NCBI GenBank assembly: GCA_963799485.1
Contig: CAWCXJ010000006.1
Coordinates: 640,001-704,000 of the forward strand
Reading direction: 5' to 3'
DNA: 64,000 bases
From: an uncultured Trueperaceae bacterium
Lineage (GTDB): Bacteria; Deinococcota; Deinococci; Deinococcales; Trueperaceae
Positions 9,515 through 19,980 of this stretch are shown here, piece after piece. The notes below the pieces were generated by a model. It was not told the origin of the DNA, made no database searches, and saw only the letters and a list, made by a program, of their open reading frames with translations. Positions within the stretch are counted from its first letter, which is position 1; the number at the start of each line of letters is the position of its first letter. Both the position numbers and the translations under genes were made by a program.

Positions 9515-9720
9515 CACATTCAAACTATGTGATAGCTCCCTCCTCTTTCAATATCTGTCCGAACTACTGTTATGTAAACAGCCAGGGATTTTCGCGAGTT
9601 TTCGGGGCAGAGTGCCGGAGTTGCTGTAGCGACCGTACCGTCTGAACAGGCAATGTTACGCGAAATAACAGCTTCACCTTTTGACCAATTCATCGTGTAT
9701 TTGAAAGTCGTAACTAAGCG

Positions 9721-9945
9721 CTACTCGTCAGGCGTTTCGTTTTCTGTTAGTGCGGTAAGTAACCTCGGGTCGAGTTCGCCCTGTTCGACCGCTCTATTAA
9801 GCATCTCGATGCCCAAGCGCACGACCTCGGATTTGGACACCAAACGTTCCGGGTTCGAGAGCTGATAAGCTGTTTTAGTTAGGAGCGAGTCCTGCTTTTC
9901 GGTGATGACCACCTGCAGCCGCTTGCTCTTTTCGCGTTTGGGCAT
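9721..9945 (-). CDS. Small ribbon-helix-helix-type regulator of a Deinococcota-conserved family
   Basis: KRLQVVI strand followed by helices (LLTKTAYQLS, SKSEVVRLGIE). GGAGG RBS. Divergent from murA. Confidence 0.75.
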   Translation of the reverse strand: MPKREKSKRLQVVITEKQDSLLTKTAYQLSNPERLVSKSEVVRLGIEMLNRAVEQGELDPRLLTALTENETPDE

Positions 9946-9986
9946 CCCTTGCCTCCGTGCTAGAGTTTAGCATTATGTTACACACC

Positions 9987-10015
9987 TTGACAATGACGAA
10001 TGAACCTCGTACAGT
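9987..10015 (+). promoter_or_regulatory. murA promoter
   Basis: TTGACA-N17-TACAGT. Confidence 0.7.
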
Positions 10016-10102
10016 TGTCGTGTGTAACTTGTGTATATGATGTTGTATTCTTCCGGGTTGGATGTTACCGTGAGAGCGCGCCGTCGGCGCTTAGAGGAGA
10101 CG

Positions 10103-11404
10103 ATGGAAACGCATCTTGACGCTTTTTATGTGAGTGGAGGCCGCCCGTTACGCGGCGAAGTCGCTGTTTACAGTGCAAAAAATTCCGCGCTTTACCTGAT
10201 TCTGGGGGCGCTACTAACCCGTGACCCGGTAGTTCTTAAAGAGGTGCCGCGTCTTAGCGACGTTTTGGCAATGTGTGAGCTACTAGAACATTTTGGGGCA
10301 CGTACCACTTGGATAGGCCGCGACCTTCACATAGACGCTGCTGAGCTTGTGACCACCGACGCGCCTTACGCGCTCGTCAGTCAGCTTCGCGCCAGTTTCG
10401 TAGCGATGGGCGCGCTTTTAGGGCGTTGCGGCGAGGCGCATATTTCGATGCCGGGGGGGTGCGCCTTCGGGCCGCGCCCGGTCGATCGCCACATCAAGGC
10501 GTTCCGGCAGCTCGGGGTGGACTTTGCCGAAATCAAAGGCGATTTTCACGCCCAGCGGCGCGACCCGCTCGCCGGACGGGTTGTCTTCGACGCGCCTACG
10601 GTCGGGGGTACGCAAAACATTATCCTGGCCTCTGCGCTCGGGAGCGAGCGGGTTATCATCGAAAACGCCGCCTTAGAGCCCGAAATCGCCGACTTGGTCG
10701 AGATGTTAAACAGCATGGGCGCGCGTATCGCGGGTGCCGGAACCCATACGCTTGTGATCGACGGCGTTGCGGCGCTTTCAGGGACGACCTACAAACCGCT
10801 TCCCGACCGTATCGAAGCCGGGACGCTGCTCCTAGCTGCCGCCGCGACACGGGGGCAGCTTAGCTTGCGCGGCGTTCGAGCCGAACACTTGCGGGCCGTG
10901 ATTGCCAAACTCGAGGAGAGCGGCGCTACTGTCCTCGAGCTTTCATCCGATACGCTCTACCTCGACGCCACCGGGCCGCTCTCACCGGTCGATGTAGTGG
11001 CTTTAGAGTACCCGGGTTTGCCGACCGATTTGCAAGCTCCGTTCGGCGCGTATTTGGCGACGATTCCGGGGACGAGCGTCGTGACCGACCGGGTTTACCC
11101 GGACCGCTTTACGCATGTCGGTGAGTTGGCGCGAACCGGGGCACGGCTCGAGCTGCGCGAACACACCCTCGTGATTCGCGGGGGCGTGCTGCGCGGCGCG
11201 CCGATGCACGCTGCCGACATCCGGGCGGGGGGCGCACTGGTCATCGCGGCGCTTGCGGCGCGCGGTCACTCGACGATAACGGGCGTGCAGTACATCCGCC
11301 GGGGCTATGAACGCCTCGCTGAGCGGCTTGGCAGCTTGGGTGCGAACATCTATCTGGGCGCTGCCCCGACTACAACGTTGGGAACGGGAACTTACGGCGA
11401 CTAG
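10103..11404 (+). CDS. murA: UDP-N-acetylglucosamine 1-carboxyvinyltransferase
   Basis: AKNS, LRAS, MPGGCAFGPRPVDRH (active-site Cys), PDRIEAGT, PTDLQA. ATG follows AGAGGAG. Confidence 0.96.
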   Translation: METHLDAFYVSGGRPLRGEVAVYSAKNSALYLILGALLTRDPVVLKEVPRLSDVLAMCELLEHFGARTTWIGRDLHIDAAELVTTDAPYALVSQLRASFVAMGALLGRCGEAHISMPGGCAFGPRPVDRHIKAFRQLGVDFAEIKGDFHAQRRDPLAGRVVFDAPTVGGTQNIILASALGSERVIIENAALEPEIADLVEMLNSMGARIAGAGTHTLVIDGVAALSGTTYKPLPDRIEAGTLLLAAAATRGQLSLRGVRAEHLRAVIAKLEESGATVLELSSDTLYLDATGPLSPVDVVALEYPGLPTDLQAPFGAYLATIPGTSVVTDRVYPDRFTHVGELARTGARLELREHTLVIRGGVLRGAPMHAADIRAGGALVIAALAARGHSTITGVQYIRRGYERLAERLGSLGANIYLGAAPTTTLGTGTYGD

Positions 11405-11428
11405 TTGGCTTCGCTTCTTTTGAGTTGT

Positions 11429-11865
11429 TTACAAATACTTGCCGAGCATGACCATCTTTTCGCTCGTATAAAACCCGCACGCATGATAAAACGCTTGTGC
11501 CGAGCCGCCTCGAGCCGTGAGCAAGTACAACTTGCTGACCTCTTGTGCTTTGAGATTGACCTCGAGTCCCCTCAGCAGTTTTTTGCCGATACCCTGTCCC
11601 TGATGTTAAGCCGAAATGCACATCTCTGAAAGATAGAACTGCCGGTCTCGGTCACGCTGTTCACTGTGCCCTAGAGCAAACCCGATAACTTCACCTTTAT
11701 CCTCGGCAACTACGCCCAACGAACGCGGCGTATCCAACAGGTCGCGCAGGTAAGTTGAAGCTGTGCCTAGTGTCCACGCCTCGCTCCACGGTTCACCGTT
11801 AAAAACAGCTACAAAACCTTTAGCGCTCGAGTCCAGATGCCGCATTTCAAACGGCTCTAAGGCGT
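11429..11865 (-). pseudogene. GNAT N-acetyltransferase interrupted by an in-frame TAA (11606-11608)
   Basis: VFNGEPWSEAW...FYLSEMCISA*HQGQGIGKKLL...AFYHACGF...GKYL*. The acetyl-CoA motif QGQGIG lies directly after the stop. Start position is uncertain. Confidence 0.8.
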
Positions 11866-13371
11866 CTATTCGCCACGCCTCGAGTAGTTCGGTGCGTCTT
11901 TGGTAATCGTCACGTCGTGCGGATGTCCTTCGATCAGACTGGCCTGCGTGATGGTCACAAACTGCGCCCGCTCCTGCAACGCCGTGATGTCCTCCGCGCC
12001 GCAATAGCCCATCGCGCTCCGCAGGCCGCCCAGCATTTGATATAGAACATCGCCGACCGGCCCCTTGTACGGCACCATGCCTTCGATGCCTTCCGGAACG
12101 AGCTTTTTGGCGTCTTCTTGAAAGTAGCGGTCGGCGCTGCCGGTTTCCATCGCGCCTAAGGAGCCCATCCCCCGGTACGCCTTGTAACGGCGACCGTCGC
12201 GTAAAATCGCCTCGCCGGGAGCTTCGGTAGTTCCGGCGAGCATCGAACCGACCATCACACAATCTGCGCCCGCCGCGAGCGCTTTGGGCAGATCGCCGGT
12301 CATCTTGATGCCGCCGTCGGCAACGACCGGGACGCCCGAGCCCCTTGCCGCTTCAACCACGTCCATAATCGCGGTGAGCTGCGGCATTCCGACGCCGGTC
12401 ACGACGCGGGTCGTGCAGATACTCCCCGGCCCGATGCCGACTTTGATACCGTCTACGCCCCTCGCAAGCAAATCCTGCGCCGCCTCCCCCGTAGCGATGT
12501 TCCCTGCCACCACGTCCACATCAAAACTCTCTTTAAGGTAGGTGAGCGCGTCTAAAATCCCTTGCGAATGACCGTGCGCGCTGTCCAGCACAAGCACGTC
12601 AACCCCGGCTTGGACAAGTGCTTCGGCTCGAGCTTCCAGATCGCCTGAAACCCCGACCGCCGCACCGACGCGTAAACGCCCGAGTTCGTCTTTGGCAGCA
12701 AAGGGGTACTCGAGGTTCTTGGTAATATCTTTGATCGTAATCAGCCCTTTAAGCATGTAGGCGTCATCGACGACGAGCAGCTTTTCAACCTTGTGATGTT
12801 TCAAGATGTCGCGGGCTTGCTCCAAGGTCGTGCCGACCGGCACCGTAACTAGATTGTCTTTGGTCATCAGCTCGGCGACGCGCCGCGAATAGTCGGTTTC
12901 AAACCGCAAATCGCGGTTGGTCAAGATGCCGACCAAGCGCCCGTCCGGTTCGACAATCGGGACGCCGCTGATGCGGTAGTCGCGCATCAAAGCTTCGGCC
13001 TGCTGCAAGGTTGCACCCTGCCCCAGCGTAATCGGGTCGGTAATCATCCCGGCTTCGGAGCGTTTGACCTTCATCACCATCTCGGCTTGCGCGGCCACCG
13101 AAAGCTTTTTGTGAATAACGCCCAGACCGCCTTGCCGCGCCATAGAAATCGCCATCTGCGTCTCGGTTACGGTGTCCATCGCCGACGAGCTGATGGGAAT
13201 GTTGAGCGGGACGTTGCGCGAAAACCGGGTGTGTAACAGAGCGTCTTTGGGCAGAATCTGCGAGTGCGCCGGGACGAGCAGCACATCGTCGAAGGTCAGG
13301 GCCTCGCCGCGAAACTTCGTGGTTCGGGTGTTTTGCGGGGTGTCTAGCGGCTTGATCACGGGCTTACCCAC
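11866..13371 (-). CDS. guaB: IMP dehydrogenase
   Basis: [11 protein letters not shown] pair, [30 protein letters not shown]. Confidence 0.97.
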   Translation of the reverse strand: MGKPVIKPLDTPQNTRTTKFRGEALTFDDVLLVPAHSQILPKDALLHTRFSRNVPLNIPISSSAMDTVTETQMAISMARQGGLGVIHKKLSVAAQAEMVMKVKRSEAGMITDPITLGQGATLQQAEALMRDYRISGVPIVEPDGRLVGILTNRDLRFETDYSRRVAELMTKDNLVTVPVGTTLEQARDILKHHKVEKLLVVDDAYMLKGLITIKDITKNLEYPFAAKDELGRLRVGAAVGVSGDLEARAEALVQAGVDVLVLDSAHGHSQGILDALTYLKESFDVDVVAGNIATGEAAQDLLARGVDGIKVGIGPGSICTTRVVTGVGMPQLTAIMDVVEAARGSGVPVVADGGIKMTGDLPKALAAGADCVMVGSMLAGTTEAPGEAILRDGRRYKAYRGMGSLGAMETGSADRYFQEDAKKLVPEGIEGMVPYKGPVGDVLYQMLGGLRSAMGYCGAEDITALQERAQFVTITQASLIEGHPHDVTITKDAPNYSRRGE

Positions 13372-13453
13372 TTTCTTTTTGTGTGAGGCGGCGTTTGTCG
13401 GCGACTGGCTTTTTACGAGGAGCTGCGTCTAAGGCAGCTCGAGCTGCCTTATC

Positions 13454-13846
13454 CTAAAGGGTTGTGACGTGTGGGTAAAGCGCCTCAAGCCACACCTTCG
13501 GGAGTCTGAGGGCGCGTCCGGCTTTATCTACCGGCGTATGCAAGGTGTCGCCCGTGGCAACTTTCTCGTCACCCCGAAAAACGGCGTAGTGATAGCGGGC
13601 GCGGCGGCTTTTGAGTTCGGTCAGGGTGGCCTGAATGAAAAGTTCGTCGTCGAAACGGCTGCTTTTTAGGTACTGCACGTTGACGGCGCTCACCGCGAGC
13701 GAGATGCCGGTGTCCTCGAGCCGCCGGTAGTCGAGCCCCCGAGCGCGCAACCACTCGACGCGGGCGGCTTCAAACCAGATCACGTAGGCGCTGTGGTGGG
13801 CCACGCCCATCTGGTCGGTCTCGGCAAAACGGACGCGCAGCCTCAC
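13454..13846 (-). CDS. Acyl-CoA thioesterase (YbgC/4HBT hotdog family)
   Basis: RVRFAETDQMGVAHHSAYVIWFEAAR. Start codon is uncertain. Confidence 0.88.
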   Translation of the reverse strand: MRLRVRFAETDQMGVAHHSAYVIWFEAARVEWLRARGLDYRRLEDTGISLAVSAVNVQYLKSSRFDDELFIQATLTELKSRRARYHYAVFRGDEKVATGDTLHTPVDKAGRALRLPKVWLEALYPHVTTL

Positions 13847-13850
13847 GTGC

Positions 13851-14144
13851 TCACATGACCTCGAGCGGGTTCGCCGTAAAAATCAGCTTCGGGGTTCGGC
13901 GCAAGTCGAGGTCGTGCGCCAGCTCACGCTGCAAAAAGCCGCTGGCCCGCGCTAAAGCGTCTTGCAAGTCCTGCATATCGTCTTCGTTGAGGGTGCTGAC
14001 GAGCACTTTGGCCTGCGAATAATCGTTGCTGAGTTTAACTCGCTCGACCGTAATCACCAGCGGAATACGGGGGTCTTTAAGCTGCGGAATCCGTTCGCCC
14101 AGGGCGCGGAGGAGGGTACGTTCGTTACGTTCGCGTGCGTCCAT
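13851..14144 (-). CDS. rbfA: 30S ribosome-binding factor A
   Basis: LKDPRIP, V.LS.D...AKV, A.GFLQRELA..L.LRRTPKL.F. Confidence 0.9.
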   Translation of the reverse strand: MDARERNERTLLRALGERIPQLKDPRIPLVITVERVKLSNDYSQAKVLVSTLNEDDMQDLQDALARASGFLQRELAHDLDLRRTPKLIFTANPLEVM

Positions 14145-14238
14145 CCGAGTAGAATAACGCACCCCAAGCGTCAACTTTGGCTGCGGTGAGCCATTTTCAG
14201 GTGAACTCGAGGTTCGCTGACCGCTCGGCGCAGCTAAA

Positions 14239-14267
14239 GGAGAAAGCGACGTAAAGACGCTTTCTCC
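14239..14267 (-). terminator. Terminator hairpin downstream of the SDR gene
   Basis: GGAGAAAGCG-N9-CGCTTTCTCC, 10-bp stem. Confidence 0.6.
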
Positions 14268-14290
14268 CTCGTGTATTCCTGGTTCCGGTG

Positions 14291-15007
14291 CTACTTTTTC
14301 GGCGGTTTGCTCGGTCTGACCTCGACCCGGCTCGGCAGGGTGCGCTCGGGCAGTTTCAGCAAGGACACCACGATGTCGGCGATGTCTTCAGGCTGAATCT
14401 TCCAGGCGTCTTCGTCGGATACTGCTTGGCCGCCGAACGAGGTCGCTACCGACCCCGGCATGATGGTCGAAACCTGAATGTCGTCTTGCCGCAGGTCGAG
14501 CATGATAGCTTCGCTGAAGCCGTTTAACCCGAACTTGGAGGCGTTGTACGCCGAGCCGCCCGCCATCGGGTTTTTACCCGCGAGTGACGAAATCGTAAAG
14601 ATGTAGCCGCCCTGCTTTTTAAGCGCGCCTAAAGACGCCTTGATGCTGTAAAAAACGCCGGTAAGGTTGGTGTCGATGGTGTTGTTCCACTGCTCGGGCG
14701 TCATCTCCTGAATCGTGGCGAAGGTACCGAATCCTGCGTTGGCGACGAGCACCTTGAGCCCCCCGAACTCGTCCACCGTCTTTTTTACGGCGTCTTGCTG
14801 GTCATCAAAGCTGCGAACATCGCAGACAACGCCTAGGGCGCGTCCCGGCCCCTGTTCCGTGAGTTTTTGTGCAGCTGCCGTCACTTCGTCGTCGTGGCGC
14901 GAGGTGATGGTCACGTTGACGCCTTCTTTGACGAGCGCATAGGCGACGCCGTAGCCGATCCCTTTGCTGCCGCCGGTTACTAATGCAGTTTTTCCGGTTA
15001 GGTCCAT
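14291..15007 (-). CDS. SDR family oxidoreductase
   Basis: TGGSKGIG, ANAG, YNASK. Confidence 0.92.
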   Translation of the reverse strand: MDLTGKTALVTGGSKGIGYGVAYALVKEGVNVTITSRHDDEVTAAAQKLTEQGPGRALGVVCDVRSFDDQQDAVKKTVDEFGGLKVLVANAGFGTFATIQEMTPEQWNNTIDTNLTGVFYSIKASLGALKKQGGYIFTISSLAGKNPMAGGSAYNASKFGLNGFSEAIMLDLRQDDIQVSTIMPGSVATSFGGQAVSDEDAWKIQPEDIADIVVSLLKLPERTLPSRVEVRPSKPPKK

Positions 15008-15102
15008 GCTTTACGCTAACAAGCTTCGGGTAAGGGTTTTGCAACGCTCGTGACAAACCCCGCTGCGCTCCCGGTTTAGGCTGCCCTGCATAAGGAGGCG
15101 TT

Positions 15103-16085
<983 letters not shown>

Positions 16086-16089
<4 letters not shown>

Positions 16090-16703
16090 CGTTTCGGATT
16101 TGCCTCAACCCAGCGCCACAAGTACCAGACCGCCGCGCTCCGGTACGGGCGAAAACGCTCACCCAAAGTTTCGACCTCCGCAATCGTCGAGAGGTCGTAG
16201 TAGCGTTCGGCGGCGCGCACCACGCCCATGTCTTTGAGCGACCAAACGTCGGGACGACCCAGTGCAAAAATTAAAAACATCTCAGCCGTCCACCCGCCGA
16301 CACCGCGAAGGGCGACGAGTCGCGCGGTTACGTCTGCGTCGCCGAGGTCGGCGAGGTCGTCCAAACCGCCGTCTAGCGTGTACTTCGCGAGCCCGTGCAG
16401 ATACTCCCCTTTACGGCGCGGGACGCCGAGCGCCAGAAGTTCATCAGACGTATGTTTCAAGATACGCTCCGGTTCGATGTGGGTGGCAGCCTCGAGCCGG
16501 TTGAACGTCGCCCGCGCCGCCGCGCCCGAAATAAGCTGTCCGACAACTGCCCTTACCAGAGACCGAAACGGGGGTGACAGAGGCCAGCTGTAGGGGCCGA
16601 AATGCTCTATCAGTACCTGCATTTTGGGGTCTTCAGCCAAAAGCTCCAACGCGTCAGGGTCAGCGTGGACCTGCTGCTCTGAAACGCCTGCATAGCTTGT
16701 CAC
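16086..16703 (-). CDS. alkA: DNA-3-methyladenine glycosylase II family (AlkA-like HhH-GPD)
   Basis: [32 protein letters not shown]. Confidence 0.85.
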
Positions 16704-16885
16704 AGCGTCTTGCCGCCGCCAACCGCCAACCGCTTCCCGGTCATGAAGTTGGCCTCGTCACTTGCTAAAAAGGTCGCCGGAAGCTTGGTGTCTTCAGGAA
16801 CGCCGCGCCGCTTTGCTACTGCGCTACCCAAGCCCCGCGAGGCTCCCGTTACAAGCGCCACCCGACCGTGCAGCTCAAAGTTCAT
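16700..16885 (-). pseudogene. SDR oxidoreductase collapsed by an in-frame internal deletion
   Basis: N-terminal VALVTGASRGLG is joined directly to C-terminal RGVPED...FLASDEANFMTG..LAVGGG. Only 61 aa remain. AAGGAG RBS is intact. Confidence 0.8.
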
Positions 16886-17067
16886 CGTTGCTCCTTGCTC
16901 TAACTGATTCAGAGAGACGTTATTCCGCAGTTTCGTAAAAAGCGATAACGCACGAAAAATGTCTCTGCACTATAACGGCTACAGTTGCTGCCTCTCGCAC
17001 AACCTTTCAGTTCGGCCTGTCAACCTCAAAACCGAACGAAAAGACCGCCGACCGTTAAACTTTCCCC

Positions 17068-17859
17068 ATGACCCAAAACGAAACCCACCGCCGCGTCCAA
17101 GCCCAGTTCGGGCGCACCGCAGATGCTTACGTTACCAGTACAGGTCACGCCAAAGGCGCAGAACTCACGGAGATGGTGACGCTCGCCGGAAATCTTCTCG
17201 GAGGTTTACGGGGCCGTAAAACCCTCGATGTGGCGACCGGCGGCGGGCACACGGCGCTCGCCTTTGCCAAAGCGGGCGCTGCGGTGACGGCCACCGACCT
17301 CACGCCCGAGATGCTTACGGCGGCCCGGACGTTTGTGCAGGCGAACGGGGGAGAGGCCGTGCAGTTTACGGCGGCAGCAGCTGAATCGTTGCCGTTCGAC
17401 GCCGAGAGTTTCGACCTCGTAACGTGCCGCATCGCCGCACATCATTTTGCCGACCCCCGGCAGTTCGTCCGGGAAGCGGCGCGGGTTTTGCGTCCGGGCG
17501 GGCTGCTTCTGCTCGTAGACAACGTTTCGCCGGAGGAGCCGGGGTTGGCAGCGGCAATGAACGACGTCGAAAAGAGACGTGACCCCAGCCACGTGTGGGC
17601 GTATTCTGTGCGGCAGTGGGTGATGTGGCTGGCGGATGCGGGGTTAGACGCACAGCACCTTTCGCGCTGGTGGGTGCAGAAGCCGTATTGGGCGTGGCTT
17701 ACGCGGGCACAAACCCCTAAAGACGTGGGTGAAGCGCTCTCTAAAGACATCTTGAACCTGTCGCCGGCACAAAAGGCTTATTTGCAGGTGCGAGAGGGTG
17801 AAGGGGGGCTCGAGTCCCTGGCCCACGAAGCGGTGCTGCTCATCGGCAAAAAGCAATGA
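17068..17859 (+). CDS. Class I SAM-dependent methyltransferase
   Basis: LDVATGGG, AESLPF..ESFDLVTCRIAAHHF, RVLRPGG. Confidence 0.9.
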   Translation: MTQNETHRRVQAQFGRTADAYVTSTGHAKGAELTEMVTLAGNLLGGLRGRKTLDVATGGGHTALAFAKAGAAVTATDLTPEMLTAARTFVQANGGEAVQFTAAAAESLPFDAESFDLVTCRIAAHHFADPRQFVREAARVLRPGGLLLLVDNVSPEEPGLAAAMNDVEKRRDPSHVWAYSVRQWVMWLADAGLDAQHLSRWWVQKPYWAWLTRAQTPKDVGEALSKDILNLSPAQKAYLQVREGEGGLESLAHEAVLLIGKKQ

Positions 17860-17922
17860 GTACCGAGCAATGAGTGGAACCGAAAGCTTTACTCATTGCT
17901 CGTTGCTTCTAACTTGTTGCTT
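17851..17922. repeat. REP-like palindromic element, copy 1
   Basis: GAGCAATGAGT...ACTCATTGCTC stem between convergent genes. A related inverted copy is at 39189-39273. Confidence 0.7.
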
Positions 17923-17924
17923 CG

Positions 17925-18959
17925 TCACATCGTCTTTGTGACCTTGTTCAGATGCCGTGACGCGTCCGGGTTCAGGCCTTTGGCGTTCGCCAGATGCAGC
18001 GCCAACAGCTGACCGGCGACCACCAGCGCGAACGCCTGCGTAACCGGCGGGTAGCCGGTGGGTAGAGCGGCGGCGGCGACAGCCTCACCCAGAGCTTCTC
18101 CGCCCGAACCGATAACGCTCAGGTCGGCGTTGACGGCGCGGAGTTTGGCGGCGGCTTCGGCGTTAGACGCGCCCGTCGCGTCGCCTAGTGCGAGCATCAG
18201 CACCGGGTCACTGGGGTTTACGGCGGCAATCGGGCCATGCTGAAACTCGGCGGACGAGTAGGCTTCGGCGTGAAGGTAGCAGGTCTCTTTGAGTTTGAGG
18301 GCGGTCTCGAGCGCCGGAGCATACGAGAGCCCGCGACCCAGCACGTACAGGCTGCGGGCGTGGGTGAGCCGGAGGGCGGTCTCTTTTACGGCCTCGGACA
18401 GCTCCAGAGTCCGGTTCAGCGCCGCCGGAACCGCGTAAAGCGCGTCCAGCAATCCCTTATCTTCGCCCCAATGGGCGACGAGCAGCGACAAGAGCAGTAG
18501 CTGCGTCGAAAACGTTTTGCTGGCGGCCAAGGCTTGCTCGCGCCCGGCCCCTTGCAACAAGGCGTAGTCGGCGGCGCGCACCAAACTGCTCCCTGAGTCG
18601 TTGCTGAGCGCAACCGTGAGCGCGCCCGCCCGTTTTAGAGCGGTGAGACCCTCTAGCACGTCGCTGCTTTCGCCCGACTGACTGACGCCGATAGCGAGCG
18701 TATTCCCGGTTTGCAGCTGCGCCGCGTAAACACTCAAGAGGCTCGGTGGCAAGCTCGCAACGGGCAGACCCAGCGTTTGCCCTGCCAGATAGCCCAAAAA
18801 AGTTACGGCGTGGTCTGAAGAACCCCTTGCCAGCGTCACGATGAGTTTCGGGGCACGCGCCCTCAGTGTTTCGGCAACTTCCTGCACGGTTTTGTCTTCT
18901 AAAAGCCGTGCCAAGATTTCGGGTTGCTCGCGGATTTCGCGTTCAAAATGGGTCGTCAT
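17925..18959 (-). CDS. Double-SIS sugar isomerase (GlmS C-terminal-like), probable glucosamine-6-phosphate deaminase
   Basis: EIREQP, ARGSSDHA, SQSGES, ETALKLKE, EFQHGP, NPD...HLNKVT. No glutaminase domain. Confidence 0.85.
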   Translation of the reverse strand: MTTHFEREIREQPEILARLLEDKTVQEVAETLRARAPKLIVTLARGSSDHAVTFLGYLAGQTLGLPVASLPPSLLSVYAAQLQTGNTLAIGVSQSGESSDVLEGLTALKRAGALTVALSNDSGSSLVRAADYALLQGAGREQALAASKTFSTQLLLLSLLVAHWGEDKGLLDALYAVPAALNRTLELSEAVKETALRLTHARSLYVLGRGLSYAPALETALKLKETCYLHAEAYSSAEFQHGPIAAVNPSDPVLMLALGDATGASNAEAAAKLRAVNADLSVIGSGGEALGEAVAAAALPTGYPPVTQAFALVVAGQLLALHLANAKGLNPDASRHLNKVTKTM

Positions 18960-19825
18960 AAAACCTCCCGGATGCGGTTTTGATGCTGCTCGAGCCTCCC
19001 CATAGCTTCGTCCGGCCCCAAGCCGGTCAGCAGCATTACAATCGCGGTGCGAATATCGCCGCCGTCCGTGAGCGCGGTTTCAGCTTGGAGGGCGCTGCAG
19101 CCCGTCGCCTGCCTGACGATACGCGCCGCCCGTCCCCGGAGCTTGATATTGGTCGGTTTCATCCCGACCATCAGGTTGCCGTACGCGCCGCCCAAGCGCA
19201 CCAGCACGGCGGTCGAGAGGGCATTCAGGGCGATCTTTTGCGCGGTTCCGGCAGCTAAGCGGGTCGAACCGGCGAGGACTTCAGGGGGTGTCTCCAAGAG
19301 CACCCCGATTTCACCCGCGCTGAGCAGCGGGCTGCCGGCGTTGTTGGCCATCCCGACCGTAAACGCACCCTGCGCCCGCGCAAAGACGACCCCGGCCACC
19401 GTAAAAGGGGTACTGCCGCTCGCGGCAACGCCGACCACCGCGTCATCTTTGGTCAGCAAGAGGGCGCGGAGGCGTTCGCGGGCGTTTTCTTCGTCGTCTT
19501 CGGCACTCTCGACGGCCTTGCTGTCTGCACCTTCGCCCCCTGCCAGAACCGCGTGCGCCCGCTCGAAACCAAAGGTCGGCGGCAACTCGGCGGCGTCTTG
19601 CACCGCGAGTCGCCCCGAAGTCCCGGCCCCCAGGTAGACGAGGCGACCCCCGGCGGCGAGCGCCCGCTCTACGCCCGCAGCGGCCCGTTCCAGTTCGGGT
19701 AAAGCCTGCCGGACGGCTTCGGCGGCGGCGGCGTTGCTGTCTATCAGCGCCGAGAGCGTCCGGGACAGGGGCCAGGTGTCGAGGTCGGCGTAGGTCTCGA
19801 GCGAAGTTTCAGTCTTTAGGGTCAT
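18956..19825 (-). CDS. murQ: N-acetylmuramic acid 6-phosphate etherase
   Basis: GAGTSGRLAVQDAAELPPTFG, E.AED, AASGSTP, GSTRLAAGTAQK..LN. Confidence 0.93.
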   Translation of the reverse strand: MTLKTETSLETYADLDTWPLSRTLSALIDSNAAAAEAVRQALPELERAAAGVERALAAGGRLVYLGAGTSGRLAVQDAAELPPTFGFERAHAVLAGGEGADSKAVESAEDDEENARERLRALLLTKDDAVVGVAASGSTPFTVAGVVFARAQGAFTVGMANNAGSPLLSAGEIGVLLETPPEVLAGSTRLAAGTAQKIALNALSTAVLVRLGGAYGNLMVGMKPTNIKLRGRAARIVRQATGCSALQAETALTDGGDIRTAIVMLLTGLGPDEAMGRLEQHQNRIREVL

Positions 19826-19980
19826 AGTTAGGTCTTTCGTTTAGGATTGCGCGTTCGGTGCGCTTGACGGGTTGCGTGCGGCAAGCTGAGACCGTAAAAA
19901 TCAGAGGGAGTTTGCAGGTCGGCGTTTAGTATTGACTGAGGGCTGAACGATTCTGCCTCCCACATCCTGTCTCTCCTGAT

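Noticed and set aside
11606..12262. 218 aa ORF overlapping guaB
   Set aside because: The first part is an alternative frame of guaB; only the last 85 or so codons belong to the GNAT pseudogene.
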